A stretch of 64,000 nt of DNA from positions 32,798,001 to 32,862,000 of the forward strand of contig OZ024755.1 of assembly GCA_964016885.1 (NCBI GenBank). The letters are read 5' to 3'. The position numbers were made by a program, and so were the translations under genes. This document shows, piece after piece, positions 41,429-57,300 of the stretch (position 1 is its first letter; each line of letters opens with the position of its first letter). A model generated the notes under the pieces. The model did no database searches and had not been told where the DNA came from. It saw only the letters and a program-made list of their open reading frames with translations. This stretch comes from Eledone cirrhosa. Taxonomy: Eukaryota.

Positions 41429-43089
41429 TGTTATGTTAGAATTAATACTGTACAAAAATATATAGACTTTTTTTCTTGTTATATACATGTTGCTGCTTCA
41501 GAATCTTTTTTCCTTCAACGGTTTGTAATTTTGCTGAGGTTTCGAATTTGAATTACAATTTTAAAAGATTTTTTTTTAAATCATATATTTTCCTCATATC
41601 TATTATCATCATTATTATTATTATTATTATTATTTATTTATTATTATGTAAATAATAATAACATGCGAACTATTTGTATGCGGAAGAAGAAAGAAAAAAA
41701 AATATTGTCTACGTTATGAAATTTATTATCTTCAGAAAAACAGGAATATGACTGAACGAAATTCATTTTCTAAAACTTACCTATACATTCTCTTGCAAGA
41801 TAAAGAAAAATTAAGAAAAAAACCGAAATCCTATAGAAAGAATATTTTAACGTCTACATAATTGATTTCATTTGAAAAGACAAAAATGCGATATATATCC
41901 CAGATAAATCCATAACAATATACATATGCTATGCTTCTTACAAGAAACAGAACAAATATATATATAATATGTATATATATATATATTTGTTATTTCTGCA
42001 AGAGAATAAAAAGTTTTCAGGGTAAAGTTTTTCTTTTCAAGTGAATCATACCCACTCTCCCGCTCTTTTTGAATACTAATAGAATTTGGTGTTTATATAG
42101 CCTACACTTCGTTGTAAAATTGTTTCACACTTTGCAGTAAAATATCTTTGTAATAACTTTATTTTTGCAATACATATTGTAAAGTAAAACAAAACAAAAA
42201 TATATATTTTTTAAAGGGCCACACAAAACAAATGTGTTTGTTGTTGACATGAAGACAAACATACAATTTAAATAAACATACATATATATATTTGTGTGTA
42301 TCGACAGTCGATCGACTTTCGTCAAATCGGACTGAGGAAACAAAGTTTCCGTTGGTCTTTCCAATTGCTAATACTCTCTATCGGTCGCAACTCCATGTAG
42401 AAGGAACAACGTGAAATAAAGTGTCTTGCTCAAGGACATAACGCATCGCCCAGTCCAGGAATCGAACTCACAACCTCACGATTGCTAATCCAAGTCTCTC
42501 ACCACTCAGCCAAAGCGCCTTCACCTTGTGTGTATGCAGAGGGACAACTAGGGAAAGTAACGCCTATGACAAGCAATAAAACTGCGGCCCTGCCCAGCAC
42601 TATATTTTTACCTATGGAGGTCTAATAATTTATATAAATAGATTAATGATCCAGCCACCATAGTGTTTTCACCCATGATAATCAAAGACAGATCATACAT
42701 CTGAACGAGTTTTTTTTTTTCACTCCCCGACGAGGCTTATTTGACTTGAATAAAACATGCTCCGAGACCAAATGGCGCCGTGCTTGCTATACCCTAGTTA
42801 CGGCTCTAGGTGTATGTGATTATGCTTAATGAAGAATTTGGTGACAGTTTCAATGATGAGTGATTCTAGTTGTTCAATGAAAGGTGCTACCTATTCATTG
42901 TGTCACAAAGTGGCTGAGTATTCCACAGATCTAACGCAATCTTCAGCGTGGCACTGTGTGACAAGGGTGGGTGTTTTGGAACTACATGTATTGCCTGAAC
43001 GGTTAAGTGTATGAGTGTTTATTTGTATGTAATGTAATATAAAGAATTACGATTTTTCGTGCAAACCTATATAATACAATTACAATTAA

Positions 43090-43500
43090 AACCCGAGCAA
43101 GACCACGGCTACAAACGGCTGAAATGGGGTTCCTCCGAGGGGTCTCTGGGGTAACGTTACTTATTAGCAGAGCCTCCAAAGGAAATTTTGCAAGGCGGTA
43201 CAAGATCCTTTTGGGACCCGAAGCAGGCAAAGAATTTTCTCAAAATGGATGTTGCATGGTTGCTGTGGAGCCCCGGAACAAAGTACCGGCTGGACCCCTT
43301 CCCAGAGGCCCTACTTGATAGGGTGCATAGTTCGGAATCAGGGAGACGCTCCAGTTAGAGCCGCTACTTCTCCGTATCGAGAGATCACAGCCCTGGTAAA
43401 ACGGGCATGTGGTTAGAATGTCTAAAGAAAGAATCACAGGACAGATTTTACGGGGAAAGCTAACCGGTCGGAGACAGAACTACTCCAGACGACAACGACG
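43090..43500 (+). mobile_element. RTE-clade LINE ORF remnant with an unrelated insert at about 43165-43315
   Basis: RLQTAEMGFLRGVSGVT ... IRETLQLEPLLLRIERSQ..GHVVRMSKERI. Confidence 0.7.
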
Positions 43501-43638
43501 TATCTGCCATCTGCCAGACGACAGTATTACTGATTACATCAAAGCGGCCCTGAATAACTTAGCTAAACACTACTGGATGACCAAACCGTATTTATCTCAT
43601 CTGAGAATCATTTGCATCTTCATAGTTACTCATCCACG

Positions 43639-44195
43639 AACATATGACAAACATACATTATATAACTTTATATATACACTCACATATGACAAACATACAT
43701 TATATAACTTTATATATACACTCACATATGACAAACATACATTATATAACTTTATATATACACTCACATATGACAAACATACATTATATAACTTTATATA
43801 TACACTCACATATGACAAACATACATTATATAACTTTATATATACACTCACATATGACAAACATACATTATATAACTTTATATATACACTCACATATGAC
43901 AAACATACATTATATAACTTTATATATACACTCACATATGACAAACATACATTATATAACTTTATAAAGGGTGGTGGATTGGCAGTATCGGTAGAGGGTC
44001 TGACGCCATGCTTTCCAGCAAAGAGTTACGGCCCTTTATGGTCTGAGTTCAAATCCCGGCGAGGTTAACTTTGCCTTTCATCCTTACGTGGGTCGATAAA
44101 ATAAAGTACCAGTAATTCACTGACATAATTGCTGGCCTTGTGCCAAAAGTAGAAACAATTATATAACTTTATATATACACTCACATATGACAAAC
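43639..44195 (+). repeat. 42-bp minisatellite (about 8 copies) interrupted by a SINE (43969-44160)
   Basis: unit cacatatgacaaacatacattatataactttatatatacact; array resumes after the SINE. Confidence 0.92.
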
Positions 44196-44222
44196 AGAGG
44201 CTTGTTAATACATTATATAAAT

Positions 44223-44262
<40 letters not shown>

Positions 44263-44949
44263 GACAAACAGAATTGTTAGAGTACTCTCTTTCTCTCTCT
44301 CTGGAGAAAATCGGCTGTGATCAGACCTGAAGAAGGGCAGGCTTCCCAAGATTTAAAATGACTAAAACTAATATCACCCATAAAGCATTGTTTTGCCTCG
44401 AGACAATGATATATAACACCTCAGCCAAGATACCTCACAGTGGTATCAAACTCGGAGACTTAATATTTGTGAAGCGATCTTGTTAACAATTCAGCCATGT
44501 TGCATTTACAAAAGCTGATCTAAAGATAACAACAACAACAACACCAATAAGTAACATCAGGCCATACATATAAGAAGACTTCATTCAACCTTGTTCGTAA
44601 GTTGTGATAAAGAGATGAGGTTGAGTAAATGTACAGAAAAAACAAAATCAAAGTAGACGCAAAGGAATAATAGAGAAGCGCCATTGGTTGAAACTATTAA
44701 TGGTGGTTGTGGTGGTGGTGGTAAAGGTGGTGGTGGTGGTAAAGGTGGTGGTCGTGGTAAAGGTGGTAAATGATGGCCACAGGCCAGAATGGACATCTGA
44801 CAGGCAGCTGAGTTGGATCGATTGAATATCCATCAAACAGATCAATAATAACACGGAATGGCTGTCCAGAAGTAGATAAGAAATAATAGAAAATAAAATT
44901 TTTTTTTAAATGTCTGAATATTGCAATTTCATTATTACCTTTACTACAA

Positions 44950-44963
44950 AGTTGCTACTACTA

Positions 44964-45006
<43 letters not shown>

Positions 45007-45353
45007 AGCAACTGTTGCTACTGCTACTATTGCTGCTACGACTACTACTGTTACTGCTGCTATTACTACTACTACTGCTACTATTGCTGCTACGACTATT
45101 ACTGTTACTGCTGCTATTACTACTACTATGACTACTGCTGTTACTGCTACTACTACTACTGTTGCTAATACTGCTACTACTACTGTTGCTGTTACTGCTA
45201 CTATTTTTTCTGCTACTACTGTTGTTGCTGTTGCTGCTACTAGTACTACTACTGCTGCTGTTGCTACTACTACTACAACTAATGCAACCACTGCTGCTAC
45301 TACTAATACTACCACTGTTGCTGCTACTACAACGAGTACTACTACTGTTGTTG

Positions 45354-45389
<36 letters not shown>

Positions 45390-45390
45390 A
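44950..45390. repeat. (ACT/GCT)n tract
   Basis: direct inspection. Confidence 0.95.
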
Positions 45391-45987
45391 AGCCATTGCA
45401 ACCAACATCACTACTGCCATCAGACCGTAAAGGGCCGGAGCTCAAATCCCGCCGAAGTTAACTTTGCCTTTTATTCTTACGGGGTCGATAAAATAAAGTA
45501 CCAGTAATACACTGCGATAATTGCTGGCCTTGTGCCAAAAGTTGAAACAATTATTATAAGGAACGTCTGTTCTACTGTTAAGTCTGTTTACAATTTTGCG
45601 GGCTTTTCAAATGGCAAACGCTTAAATGTCTTTATGGTTACTTTTCAATGCTTGCCAGGGTTTAGCAGGACTTTTACAAAGGATTACTACCAGTGACCCA
45701 TCTTAATATTGGGTCAAGTTTGACATTTGTAGAGATTTGTAGGGAAAAACAAAACAAATTTCTACAAATTTCACACTTGACACTTTATCAACCATTTTAG
45801 TTGCTTGCTATGATATACAGTAACATGGTGTATATTGTCGAAAAACCAGGATAAGCAAATATCTCTCAGTTTTTACAATAGGTACACTGTATCTCTACAT
45901 GTTCTGGAGGGCAAGTAAATGAAGTGGACTTCCGTCATTTATAACGATGAATGTTCTTATTGCTAACGGTATCCAGCTGTAAAACTA

Positions 45988-46024
<37 letters not shown>

Positions 46025-46081
46025 CGTTTCTGAATTTGTTTAGCAAGATTCTTTATCTGAAATTGTGTGTTGAAACCGATG

Positions 46082-46172
46082 TTGTTATACTTTGGGAGGG
46101 TCATGTTGCCAATAAGAAACACACGCACTGGTGCGTGTGTTTCTTATTGGCAACATGACCCTCCCAAAGTAT

Positions 46173-46177
<5 letters not shown>
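46082..46177. other. perfect foldback in a (TA)n-flanked module
   Basis: ttgttatactttgggagggtcatgttgccaataagaaacacacgcac / reverse complement; rearranged sister at 22848-22910. Confidence 0.85.
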
Positions 46178-46208
<31 letters not shown>

Positions 46209-46420
46209 TAAAATAACAGATTAAAGTTTAAGAAAAGAATCGCTGCTTTCACCCTTAACGGGATCTGCTGAAACTAACAAACTCAATCTGTAAACGCAGC
46301 AGTGGATATTATTATTATTATTATTACGATATATATAAAATGAGATTAATATCCCCTCAGGTACTAAGTATCTACGGAAATATATAGGGTGTCTATAATA
46401 TAATTATTGTTCCGCTCATT

Positions 46421-46451
<31 letters not shown>

Positions 46452-46453
<2 letters not shown>

Positions 46454-46768
46454 GTAAATATCTTTAAGTCGTTTGGAAGCCTCGACAATGCAAATGGGTA
46501 AATCTCCGGGTAATAAGATCCGGTGGTGGAGAGAGAGATGTAAGTGGGTGTACGTTGAGATGCGTGGTGTGTATAAAACGTGTAGAGGAATGAAGGAAAG
46601 AGTATAAAGGATAAAATAAAAATAACAACACGAGAGAGAGTTACCTTGGGAGAGATTTAATTGTCTCTATATATTTCGGATTCACATCCATCAACTGGGG
46701 TTTTTTTCCGGGGTGGGGGAAAGGTTGTCTGTCAGAAAGGTGCGAAACGCGTCCTCCGCTGTTTGTTA
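46452..46768. mobile_element. (TA)n-flanked interspersed module (sister at 62868-63226)
   Basis: two about 320-bp homologous copies, both bounded by (TA)n. Confidence 0.75.
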
Positions 46769-46789
46769 TATATACATATTATGCTCATT

Positions 46790-48312
<1,523 letters not shown>

Positions 48313-49204
48313 AATTGTTTCTACTTTAGGCACAAGGCCAGCAATTAACCAGTGCATTACTGGTACTTTATTTTATATATATATATAAACTATAATAAAG
48401 GAAGGTCTGCGGGACTGCGTACGGTTTATTTTTTTATCCCGTTAGTAAAATAGGTTGGATTACTTTGAATAAATAATTGTTTCTACTTTGGGCACAAGGC
48501 CAGCAATAACCCAGTACATTACTGGTACTTTATTTCATCGACCCCGTAAATGAATGAATATTACATAATTTATCTACTAAATTTCGTAAGCAAAAATAAT
48601 TTCGTAAAAATAAATAATTTAAAATTGACTTCTTTTCAAAGTTGCACTTCCGGTATATCGTTTCCTCCGGGGCACCCTAATAGGGGGTTTAACCTCCATT
48701 AAGGTGTCTTAATATTATTGAAATTTGCTGAAATTTTGTGAATAGGCTTCATATCTTTTCATTTACCTATGGTTTAAATTTCATATAAATCGAAGAGAAA
48801 AAACTTTCAGCGGGGTTTTTCAGCGAGGCTTTCGTGTCCCCGGGGAACCCTTTAATTAAAATGAAATATACTTATCCAAGTACCCTGGGCAATGTAGTTT
48901 CAGAATATATATGATTATGGGGGGGGGGGGGGTCTATCGTCAAAACCATAGGAGGAGTTTGTGAACAGACAAACAGACAGGATACAACTTTATATACATA
49001 TAATGGTCCAGTGACTTTTGGGACACTTTGTATATTGGTCAGTTTATGGCTACCGAGGAAGTAAGATGGTCCTTTGTTCGTTTATTTCACGTGTTTCGTT
49101 ATTATTTTCCTGTTAAAATTTGTTTCCTCTCTATATATATGTGTACATGAAAAGATTCAGGACCCCGATGGCTGAGCTCCGGCCATTTCGACAGCTAGAT
49201 CCGA

Positions 49205-49269
<65 letters not shown>

Positions 49270-49442
49270 TATAATAGCATAGACTAATCGAGTTGTTTGA
49301 GGCAATCACAAAGCATTCAATGGATCGATAAGCTAAACATTATCGTCCAGAATAAAACACAATTAAAAAGTGTGACACCAAGAAAAACGACCGAGTGCAG
49401 TGGCAAGCTATGTTTATACCACAACTACGAGAAATACAAAAA

Positions 49443-49479
<37 letters not shown>

Positions 49480-49499
49480 TGTAATAAACAACACAATAC

Positions 49500-49581
49500 A
49501 ATTATTCCATTTACCAAAGGTTTCACGAAGACAGGAAAACTCAATAGAGACGTCTGATATCGTTCATCAGAAAGTAAAATT
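49500..49581 (-). ncRNA. type I hammerhead ribozyme candidate
   Basis: aattttacttt-CTGATGA-acga..tcgt-GAAA-cctttgg-TA-aatggaataatt; stem I imperfect. Confidence 0.6.
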
Positions 49582-49726
49582 ATAGAGCAGCCTCCCTTCC
49601 TTTTCCTTTTCTACAGAAATACTTCATATATATATATATATATATATATTACCCACTCTACTACCCTAAGTATTGAGTACTTTGGTGCGTTATGGTCCAC
49701 CTGGTTCCTTACCACATTTCTTCCGT

Positions 49727-49798
<72 letters not shown>

Positions 49799-49861
49799 CG
49801 TGCGTGTGTGTGTGTGCGTGCGTGCGTGTGTGTGTGTGTGTGCGTGCGTGTGTGTGTGTGT

Positions 49862-50108
49862 AAGCATGGACAAGTTGAGAGAGAAACTATAGATTACGAG
49901 GAATAAACTGTAGTGTGGATGGAGAGAAGACTGCGTTGGTATGGACATGTGATGTGCATGGAAGATGACCGCTGGGTGAAGAAGTGCCAAAAAATCCTGG
50001 TGGAAGGAAGACGCAGTAAAGGAAGACCACGAAAAAATGGGCGGGGGTGGTGAGAGCTGACCTCAGATAGCTGAAGCTCACAAGGAGATGACGAAGGACC
50101 GTGACGGG
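49862..50108 (+). mobile_element. RTE-clade LINE remnant
   Basis: RRLRWYGHVMCMEDDRWVKKC..VEGRRSKGRPRKKW. Confidence 0.8.
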
Positions 50109-50439
50109 ATATATATATATACTGTATATATATAGTATAAAAGAGAAAACACAGGTAAGCATTAAGAGAAGGATTTTATCCAGGTATTTACGACCGTTTC
50201 ATTGGTAAGTGCAACCTTATATTGCTATACTGCAAATAGCACCCACTCAATTATAATTGTTGTTCACAGTCCAAATTTTCATATATATATATATAAATAT
50301 ATATATATATCCCGTGTTCCCCCTTCTATCGGTAGGTTTTTTTCTTTCTTTTTTTCCTTTTTTCCCTTTTTTCTTTGCTCGTCATGGCGTTTTGATATAT
50401 AAAAGGCTATTGGTGCGTTACAGATAGATATCTAGTTAA

Positions 50440-50630
50440 TAATTGTTTCTACTTTTTGGCACAAGGCCAGCAATTATCCCAGTGTATTACTGGTACTTTA
50501 TTTTATCGACCCCGTAAGGATGAAAGGCAAAGTTAACCTCAGCGGGATTTGAACTTAATCCGTAAAGGGACGTAACTGTGCTTGCAAAGCATGGCGTCCG
50601 ACCCTCTACCGATACTGCCAATCCACCGCC
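50440..50630 (-). mobile_element. tRNA-derived SINE with TSD tagttaataat
   Basis: family match plus flanking direct repeat. Confidence 0.88.
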
Positions 50631-51088
50631 TTGGTATATAGTTAATAATGCGCCGAAACATCCGTGACTCGTAGTTAACTACTGACGAAGGGAGACTGTC
50701 CACCTCTTGTTTTTGTCTCCTTACCTTCTAACACGCGTTATCAGTAACCACACACACACACGCTCTCTTACATACATACACGCCCTCACACACACACATA
50801 CATACACACACACACACACACACAAACATACATACACACACACACACATAAACATACATACAGTTTTTATGTTGCGAAATAGAATGATTAAAAGAAACTC
50901 CGACTTAGCCGTGTCTTGCCTTTTTGTCAGACCTTCTTTCACTTTAGAGAATTGATCACCGAATCAGACGTCTGTGAGTGACACGTGCTTTTCCTTGTCA
51001 TTTCTTGTTCAAATCATAGGAATCCCCCCCCCCTCCTCTATCTGCCTCTCCCCTCTCTCGTATAGGTACTTCCCTCACGCAAACTCCT

Positions 51089-51137
<49 letters not shown>

Positions 51138-51589
51138 TCACTTACGTGCATCCCTCACGCAAATTCCTGCGTGTGTGTGTGTATACATACGTGCATGCAT
51201 ACGTACATACTTGTACACATACATACATACATACATACATGCATACGCACATACATATATACGTGCATGCATACATACATACTTGTACACATACATATAC
51301 ATACATATATATATATATATATATACATATATATATACGTGTATGCATACATGCATACATACATATATACATACATACTTGAACACATACATACGTATAT
51401 ATACATACAGATATACAGATATACATATATACATATATACGTACATACATACTTGAACACATAAATACATATATATACATATATACATACATATATATAC
51501 ACATATATACATACATGTATATAGTCCATAGCCTAGAGACAGGAAAATTGCTTCAGAAAATTTGGAGACATTTTGCATTCCTTTATAGA

Positions 51590-51639
51590 GGTAGTGATGG
51601 TGGTGGTGGCGGTGGTGGTGGTGGTGATGATGGTGGCGG

Positions 51640-51670
<31 letters not shown>

Positions 51671-51690
51671 GGTGGTGATGATGGTGGCGG

Positions 51691-51721
<31 letters not shown>

Positions 51722-51816
51722 GGTGGTGGTGGTGGTGGTGGTGATGTTGGCGGTGGTGGCGGTGGTGGTGGTGGTGTCGATGGTGGTGATGTTGGCGGTG
51801 GCGGTGGCGGTGATGA

Positions 51817-51850
<34 letters not shown>

Positions 51851-52412
51851 GATGATATGGTGGTAGCGGCGGTGGTGGCGATAGTGGTGGTGGTGATGGT
51901 GGTGGTGACCGATGGTGGTATGTTGGTGGTAGCAGTGGCGGTGGTGGTGACGATGGTGGCGATAGTGGTGGTGATGATGGTGGTGATGGTGGTGGTGGTG
52001 GTGATGATGGTGGTATGTTGGTGGTGGTGGTGGTGGTGGTGGTGGAGATAGTGGTGATGATAATGGTGGTGGCGATAGTGGTGATGATGATGGTGGTGGT
52101 GACGATGGTGGTATGTTGGTGGTAGCAGTGGCGGTGGTGGTGACGATGGTGGCGATAGTGGTGGTGATGGTGGTGGTGGTGGTATGTTGGTGGTGGCGGC
52201 GGCGGCGGTGGTGGTGGAGATAGTGGTGATGATGATGGTGGTGGCGATAGTGGTGGTGATGATGGTGGTGGTGGTGGTGGTGGAGATAGTGGTGATGATG
52301 ATGGTGGTGATGGTGGTGGCGATAGTGGTGGTGATGATGGTGGTGGTGGTGGTGGTGGTGGTGGTGGCGATAGTGGTGATGATGATGGTGGTGATGGTGG
52401 AAGTGGTGGTGA
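51590..52412. repeat. (GGT/GAT)n tract
   Basis: direct inspection. Confidence 0.97.
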
Positions 52413-52887
52413 TCGAATAGATTTGGTAGTGATGGCAACAATGCTGTTAATAGTGGTTGTAGTAGCAGTTAGTAGTATCAAACTTTATGTTAGAAATAGC
52501 AGTCAAATCTCCCTCAAATGACACCCTACACTCTTATAAGGAGAACACATTGAATAACCCGATCCTGAATGAACAGTACATGAAAAGACGAGATGCGGGG
52601 CCCGTCACCAACAGGGAGAACTGGATTGCTGCACTTCCCCCAGCCCCACTTCGCTATTTCTTCTCAGGTGCGCTCTCACATTTAGATAAAACAGTTTGTA
52701 TTAGGTCGTAAAGTATGAAATTTGTAGTGACGCATATGGTCATATGTTTTTTTTCTACAAATTTCAAAAACGCCCTGAAATACATTCCTTTCGAAAGAGG
52801 GCTTACCCAGAATGCTCTTCATTTCTCCCCGTTTTCGGGCACTTTTTTTCATGGTTCTCCCCATTTAGGTTTTTAGAGGTTGGCAGG

Positions 52888-52937
<50 letters not shown>

Positions 52938-53159
52938 ATATATGTATATATGTATATATATATATGTATGTATGTGTGTATGTATGTATGTATGTTCTTC
53001 TGGTTTTATAATTTCACAAATTTTTACCAATAAAGAGAGAGTCGGTTTCTAACATAGACACAAGACTCTCTCATTGGAATTTACACAACAGCAACTAGGT
53101 AGATTATGTATGCATGTGCAGGTATGGATGTTATTGTATGTGTGCATGTGTATATGCAG

Positions 53160-55090
53160 TTATTAGATGCAACATTTTTGGAATGTTTTACATATTTTTA
53201 CTGTTCCATTAATGGATTGTACTTGTAATTTCCTAACTAGTTGTGTTCTTTCTGTTCCTGTGAAGCCCAGCTTCTCAAGATTTGTATTGAGGCAGTTACT
53301 AACATATCCGAGTGCCCAAATAACCACAGGCATAAATCTGAAGGTATAATCAGGGTGGAGTATCTGCAGATTTCTCATCAGTTCTGCATAAATATTCTCC
53401 TTTTCGCTAAACTTTGATATTATATTGGCATCTGATGGACAGCTAATTTCCACTACTGCGCATGCCTTCCTTTCCCTGTCCCATATCATAATATCTGCAT
53501 TTTATTGGGGTTTTTACTGAAACATTCCACCAGTACTCCTTCATATTATGTATGTCTTCCACATTGCTGTAACTTTTAATGTGTTTATTATCGGGGCTAT
53601 CTTTTCTACGGATTGCATTGTACAGTGTTTTGGCCACTACATCATGCCTTATAGGTAGATAGTACCGCGATGACATCTTTGGACATCTGCTTATGACATG
53701 GGTGACATCTTCGATGTTAATTCTGCAGACTCTGCACTTCCCAACTCCTTCCCAACTCTCATGATCTTATCTGTTTCATGCAGATAGACTTGCTCGAGAG
53801 ACGGGCTCCTACGCTTTGAGGTTCGTAGATATTGTCGGAGGGATATGATGCGACATTCAAATGCTGTCTGGACTGATGTTAGGCCTCTGCCTCCCTGCTT
53901 ACGTTTCAAGTAAAAGCGGTCTATGTCACTGTTGTCTATGTCGCTCGGATTTCGTCTATCGTCCAATTGAGTATTCCAAAAGTTGGTGTTAGGACAGGTA
54001 CAGCAAACACATTGTGAGCCACTGTTTTGTTTTGCGCAGAAATTTCCGATGACCATATCTTTCTTAATCAGGTGTAGTATTCCCTGGTTACGCGTTCTTT
54101 ATTACAGATACCATTATAGGATATGTTCTCATCTATCCCCAGGTATCTGTAGCAGTCCTCATCAGATATTGGTGAAACAGTTAGGCCATTGATGACAATG
54201 TTGCTAGATTGGGTTGTTGTTTTCCCCCGCTTTACAGTCATATATGAGCATTTATCTTGATCAAACTCCATTCCTATATCCTTTGAGAATGTTGTAACCA
54301 GGCTAAGATTTTTCTTCATCCCATCCATGTTCTTGGCATACAGTTTCAGATCATCCACAAAGAAATTATGGGTTAGGTTCGTATTTCTGTCCTCCTGTGA
54401 GCCAATGATGTATCATTCACATTTCTTGAGCAGAAAGGACAAGGGATTTAATGACAGGATGAATAATATCACAGAGAGACTGTCTCCCTGAAATATACCC
54501 CTACGATATTTTATTTTATCAGTGAAAATAGAGTCCTGCTTCTCTGTCTTTAACTTTAGGATAGTAGCCCAAGAAGAAGACAGCTTCTCTATGGCTCTGA
54601 TAATAATGTCTCGGACTTTAGCAAGTCGGAGGGCCTCTATCATCCAAGAGTGGGAAACAGAACCAAAAGCTTTCCTGTAGTCCAGCCAGACTGTAGCCAT
54701 ATACCTCCTAAGTTGTCGCAACTCCGACATCGCAGTTTTGTTGATTAGGAGTTGTTCAGTACATCCCCAAACCCCTTTCTTTTCAGCTGCTTGTTCATCT
54801 GTGATGTTATTATTTTCACAGTGATCTTGGAGGAATAGGTTCAGGCAGGCTGTATACATCTTATACATCAGGTTCTGGCATGCAATGGGTCGGTAGTTTT
54901 TTGCCAGGTGGGTGTCTTTGTTCTTGGGGACCAGTAATGTTTGTGCTAATGTCAACCATTCTGGTATAAGTGTATCTCCATTAAGAACTTGTTGGTAGAG
55001 GTCGGTAAGATACCTCCGATAGAATATCAGTATTTTGTACCAGTAACCGACAATCATGTCTCTTCCTGGTGTTTTCTTATCACAGTCTCA
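53160..55090 (-). mobile_element. decayed R4/Dong-like non-LTR retrotransposon (RT, CCHC, RLE), 5'-truncated, with frameshifts and internal deletions
   Basis: YRPIACQNLMYK, GCTEQLLIN, WLDYRKAF, GIFQGDSLS, FVDDLKLYA, GGRGL, CRVC..EDVTHVISRC..RHD, IWD..VVEISCP. Confidence 0.9.
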
Positions 55091-55694
55091 TGGGTACCCT
55101 CACTTATTTCGTATATATGTATGTGTGTATGTATGTATGTGTGTATGTATGTATGTGTGTATGTGTATGTATGTGTGTGTGTGTGTGTATGTGAGTGTGT
55201 GTGTCTAGACAGGTCTCACTACTTGACGAGATAGTCAGGTCTGCTCAACGAGAGTTCTGTCACAAAAACATAGATGTACAGGCGGTTATGTTATTAGTGT
55301 TGGTGTGTGTTTGTAGTAGGCTAAATATAAAGCTGGATATATGTTCACCATGTCTTCCTAGAATATTTTGCTGTTGATAACGTATAATATCAATCAGGAT
55401 ATAGAAGTAGGCATAAGTACGTATAAGATGTGTGCTTGCGTCTGTGTCCGTGAAAGATATACAGTTAGACCAGTTCCAAACATAAAGGAACCAAACTCCC
55501 ACTGTCGCTGCCTGAGTGTGAGTGTGTCTGTGAAACATATACATATTGACCAGGTCCGAACACAAAAGAACCAAACTCCCACTGTCACTGCCTTCGTCTC
55601 TCTCGCTCTCACCACCTCTCACTATTATGAGCAAATGGGGGCCCACGCGCTGGCCACGCCGGACGGAATATATCTTATAACAGCTAGTAAAAAT

Positions 55695-55882
55695 AATTGT
55701 TTCGACTTTAGGCACAAGGCCAGCAATTACCCAGTACATTACTGGTACTTTATTTTATCGACCCCGTAAGGATGAAAGGCAAAGTTAACCTCGGCGGGAT
55801 TTGAACTCAGACCGTAAAGGGACGTAACTATGCTAGAAGGCATGGCGTCCGACTCTCTACCGATACTGCCAATTCCCCGCCC
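55695..55882 (-). mobile_element. tRNA-derived SINE with TSD cagctagtaaaaataat
   Basis: family match plus flanking direct repeat. Confidence 0.88.
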
Positions 55883-56199
55883 AGCTAGTAAAAATAATAA
55901 TGATCAAGGCCGGGTTAAGTCCTTTTGGGGCCCTCAGCACTTAAAATATTGTGGTACCCATCCCAATATATTAAGCCAGCAAAAGAAATCCTGTTTCGGA
56001 ATGACAAATACATTTAATTTGAATAAAATGATGTCGGTCGTCGTCTGATACACGTGGTTAATTTGCATAATGAGTAGTCCAGGCTTGGTAATGGTGATGT
56101 TGGTGGGGCTAATCCAGATAATAGTGGTGATACTGGCAAATTAGGTAGTAGAAGGCCGTACTGGTATCTTGGGAAAGTATCATCTACTACAGCCTCGAG

Positions 56200-56300
56200 A
56201 GCCTGCCGCCGTCGAAACCATACCAGGCGCACTTGGACCCCGGACTGTCCAGCTCCTCCGTAAGATCGGAACGCCAGCAACCCGCCTAAAGAAGGAGCAT
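56200..56300 (+). mobile_element. CRE-clade RLE fragment
   Basis: EPAAVETIPGALGPRTVQLLRKIG. Confidence 0.6.
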
Positions 56301-56394
56301 TCGATTTTATTTGTATGTCCGCCTGTATCTCTGTGTATACTCTTTCCTGTGTGTGTATGTATGTGTAAGAGCGCGTGTAGTGATGTTTATGTGA

Positions 56395-57095
56395 TGGTGG
56401 TATGGCATGGCATGGTATATATGATATGATATGGTATGATATGGTATGATATGGTATGGTATGGTATGATATGGCATGATATGATATGGTATGGTATGGT
56501 ATGGTATGGTATATGGTATGCTATGGTATGGTATGATATGGTATGGTATGATATGATATGGTATGATATGGTATGGTATGGTATGGTATGGTATGGTATG
56601 ATATATGATATGATATGGTATGGTATGGTATGATATATGATATGATATATGGTATGGTATGGTATGGTATGGTATGGTATGATATGGTATGGTATGGTAT
56701 GGTATGGTATGATATGATATGGTATGATATATGATATGATATGGTATGATATGGTATGATATGGTATGGTATGGTATGGTATGATATGGTATGCTATGGT
56801 ATGGTATGATATGGTATGGTATGATATGATATATGGTATGATATATGGTATGATATGGTATGGTATGGTATGGTATGATATGATATATGGCATGATATGA
56901 TATGATATGGTATGTTATGGTATGTATGATATGATATATGGTATGATATGGTATGATATATGGTATGATATGGTATGATATGGTATGGTATGATATGGTA
57001 TGATGGGATATGATATATGGTATGATATGGTATGGTATGATATGGTATGATGTGATATGATATATGGTATGGTATGATATGATATGATATGAATA
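56395..57095. repeat. (ATGGT/ATGAT)n pentanucleotide satellite
   Basis: direct inspection. Confidence 0.97.
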
Positions 57096-57122
57096 TGTAC
57101 GATGCTTACAGTGATGATATAT

Positions 57123-57300
57123 AATTGTTTCTACAATAGACACAAAACCAGCAATTATCCCAGTGTATTACTGGTACTTTATTTTATCGACTCCCGTTAG
57201 GATTAACGGCAAAGTTAACATCGACGGGATTTGAACTCAGAATGGCAAGGGCAGTAACTCTATGCGTCAAAGCATGGCGTCCGACCCTTTACCGATACTG
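57123..57300 (-). mobile_element. 5'-truncated SINE with TSD tgatgatatataat
   Basis: family match plus flanking direct repeat. Confidence 0.85.

Noticed and set aside
54068-55057. RT ORFs as an active element or prokaryotic RT system
   Set aside because: Frameshifted, deleted and 5'-truncated eukaryotic non-LTR copy
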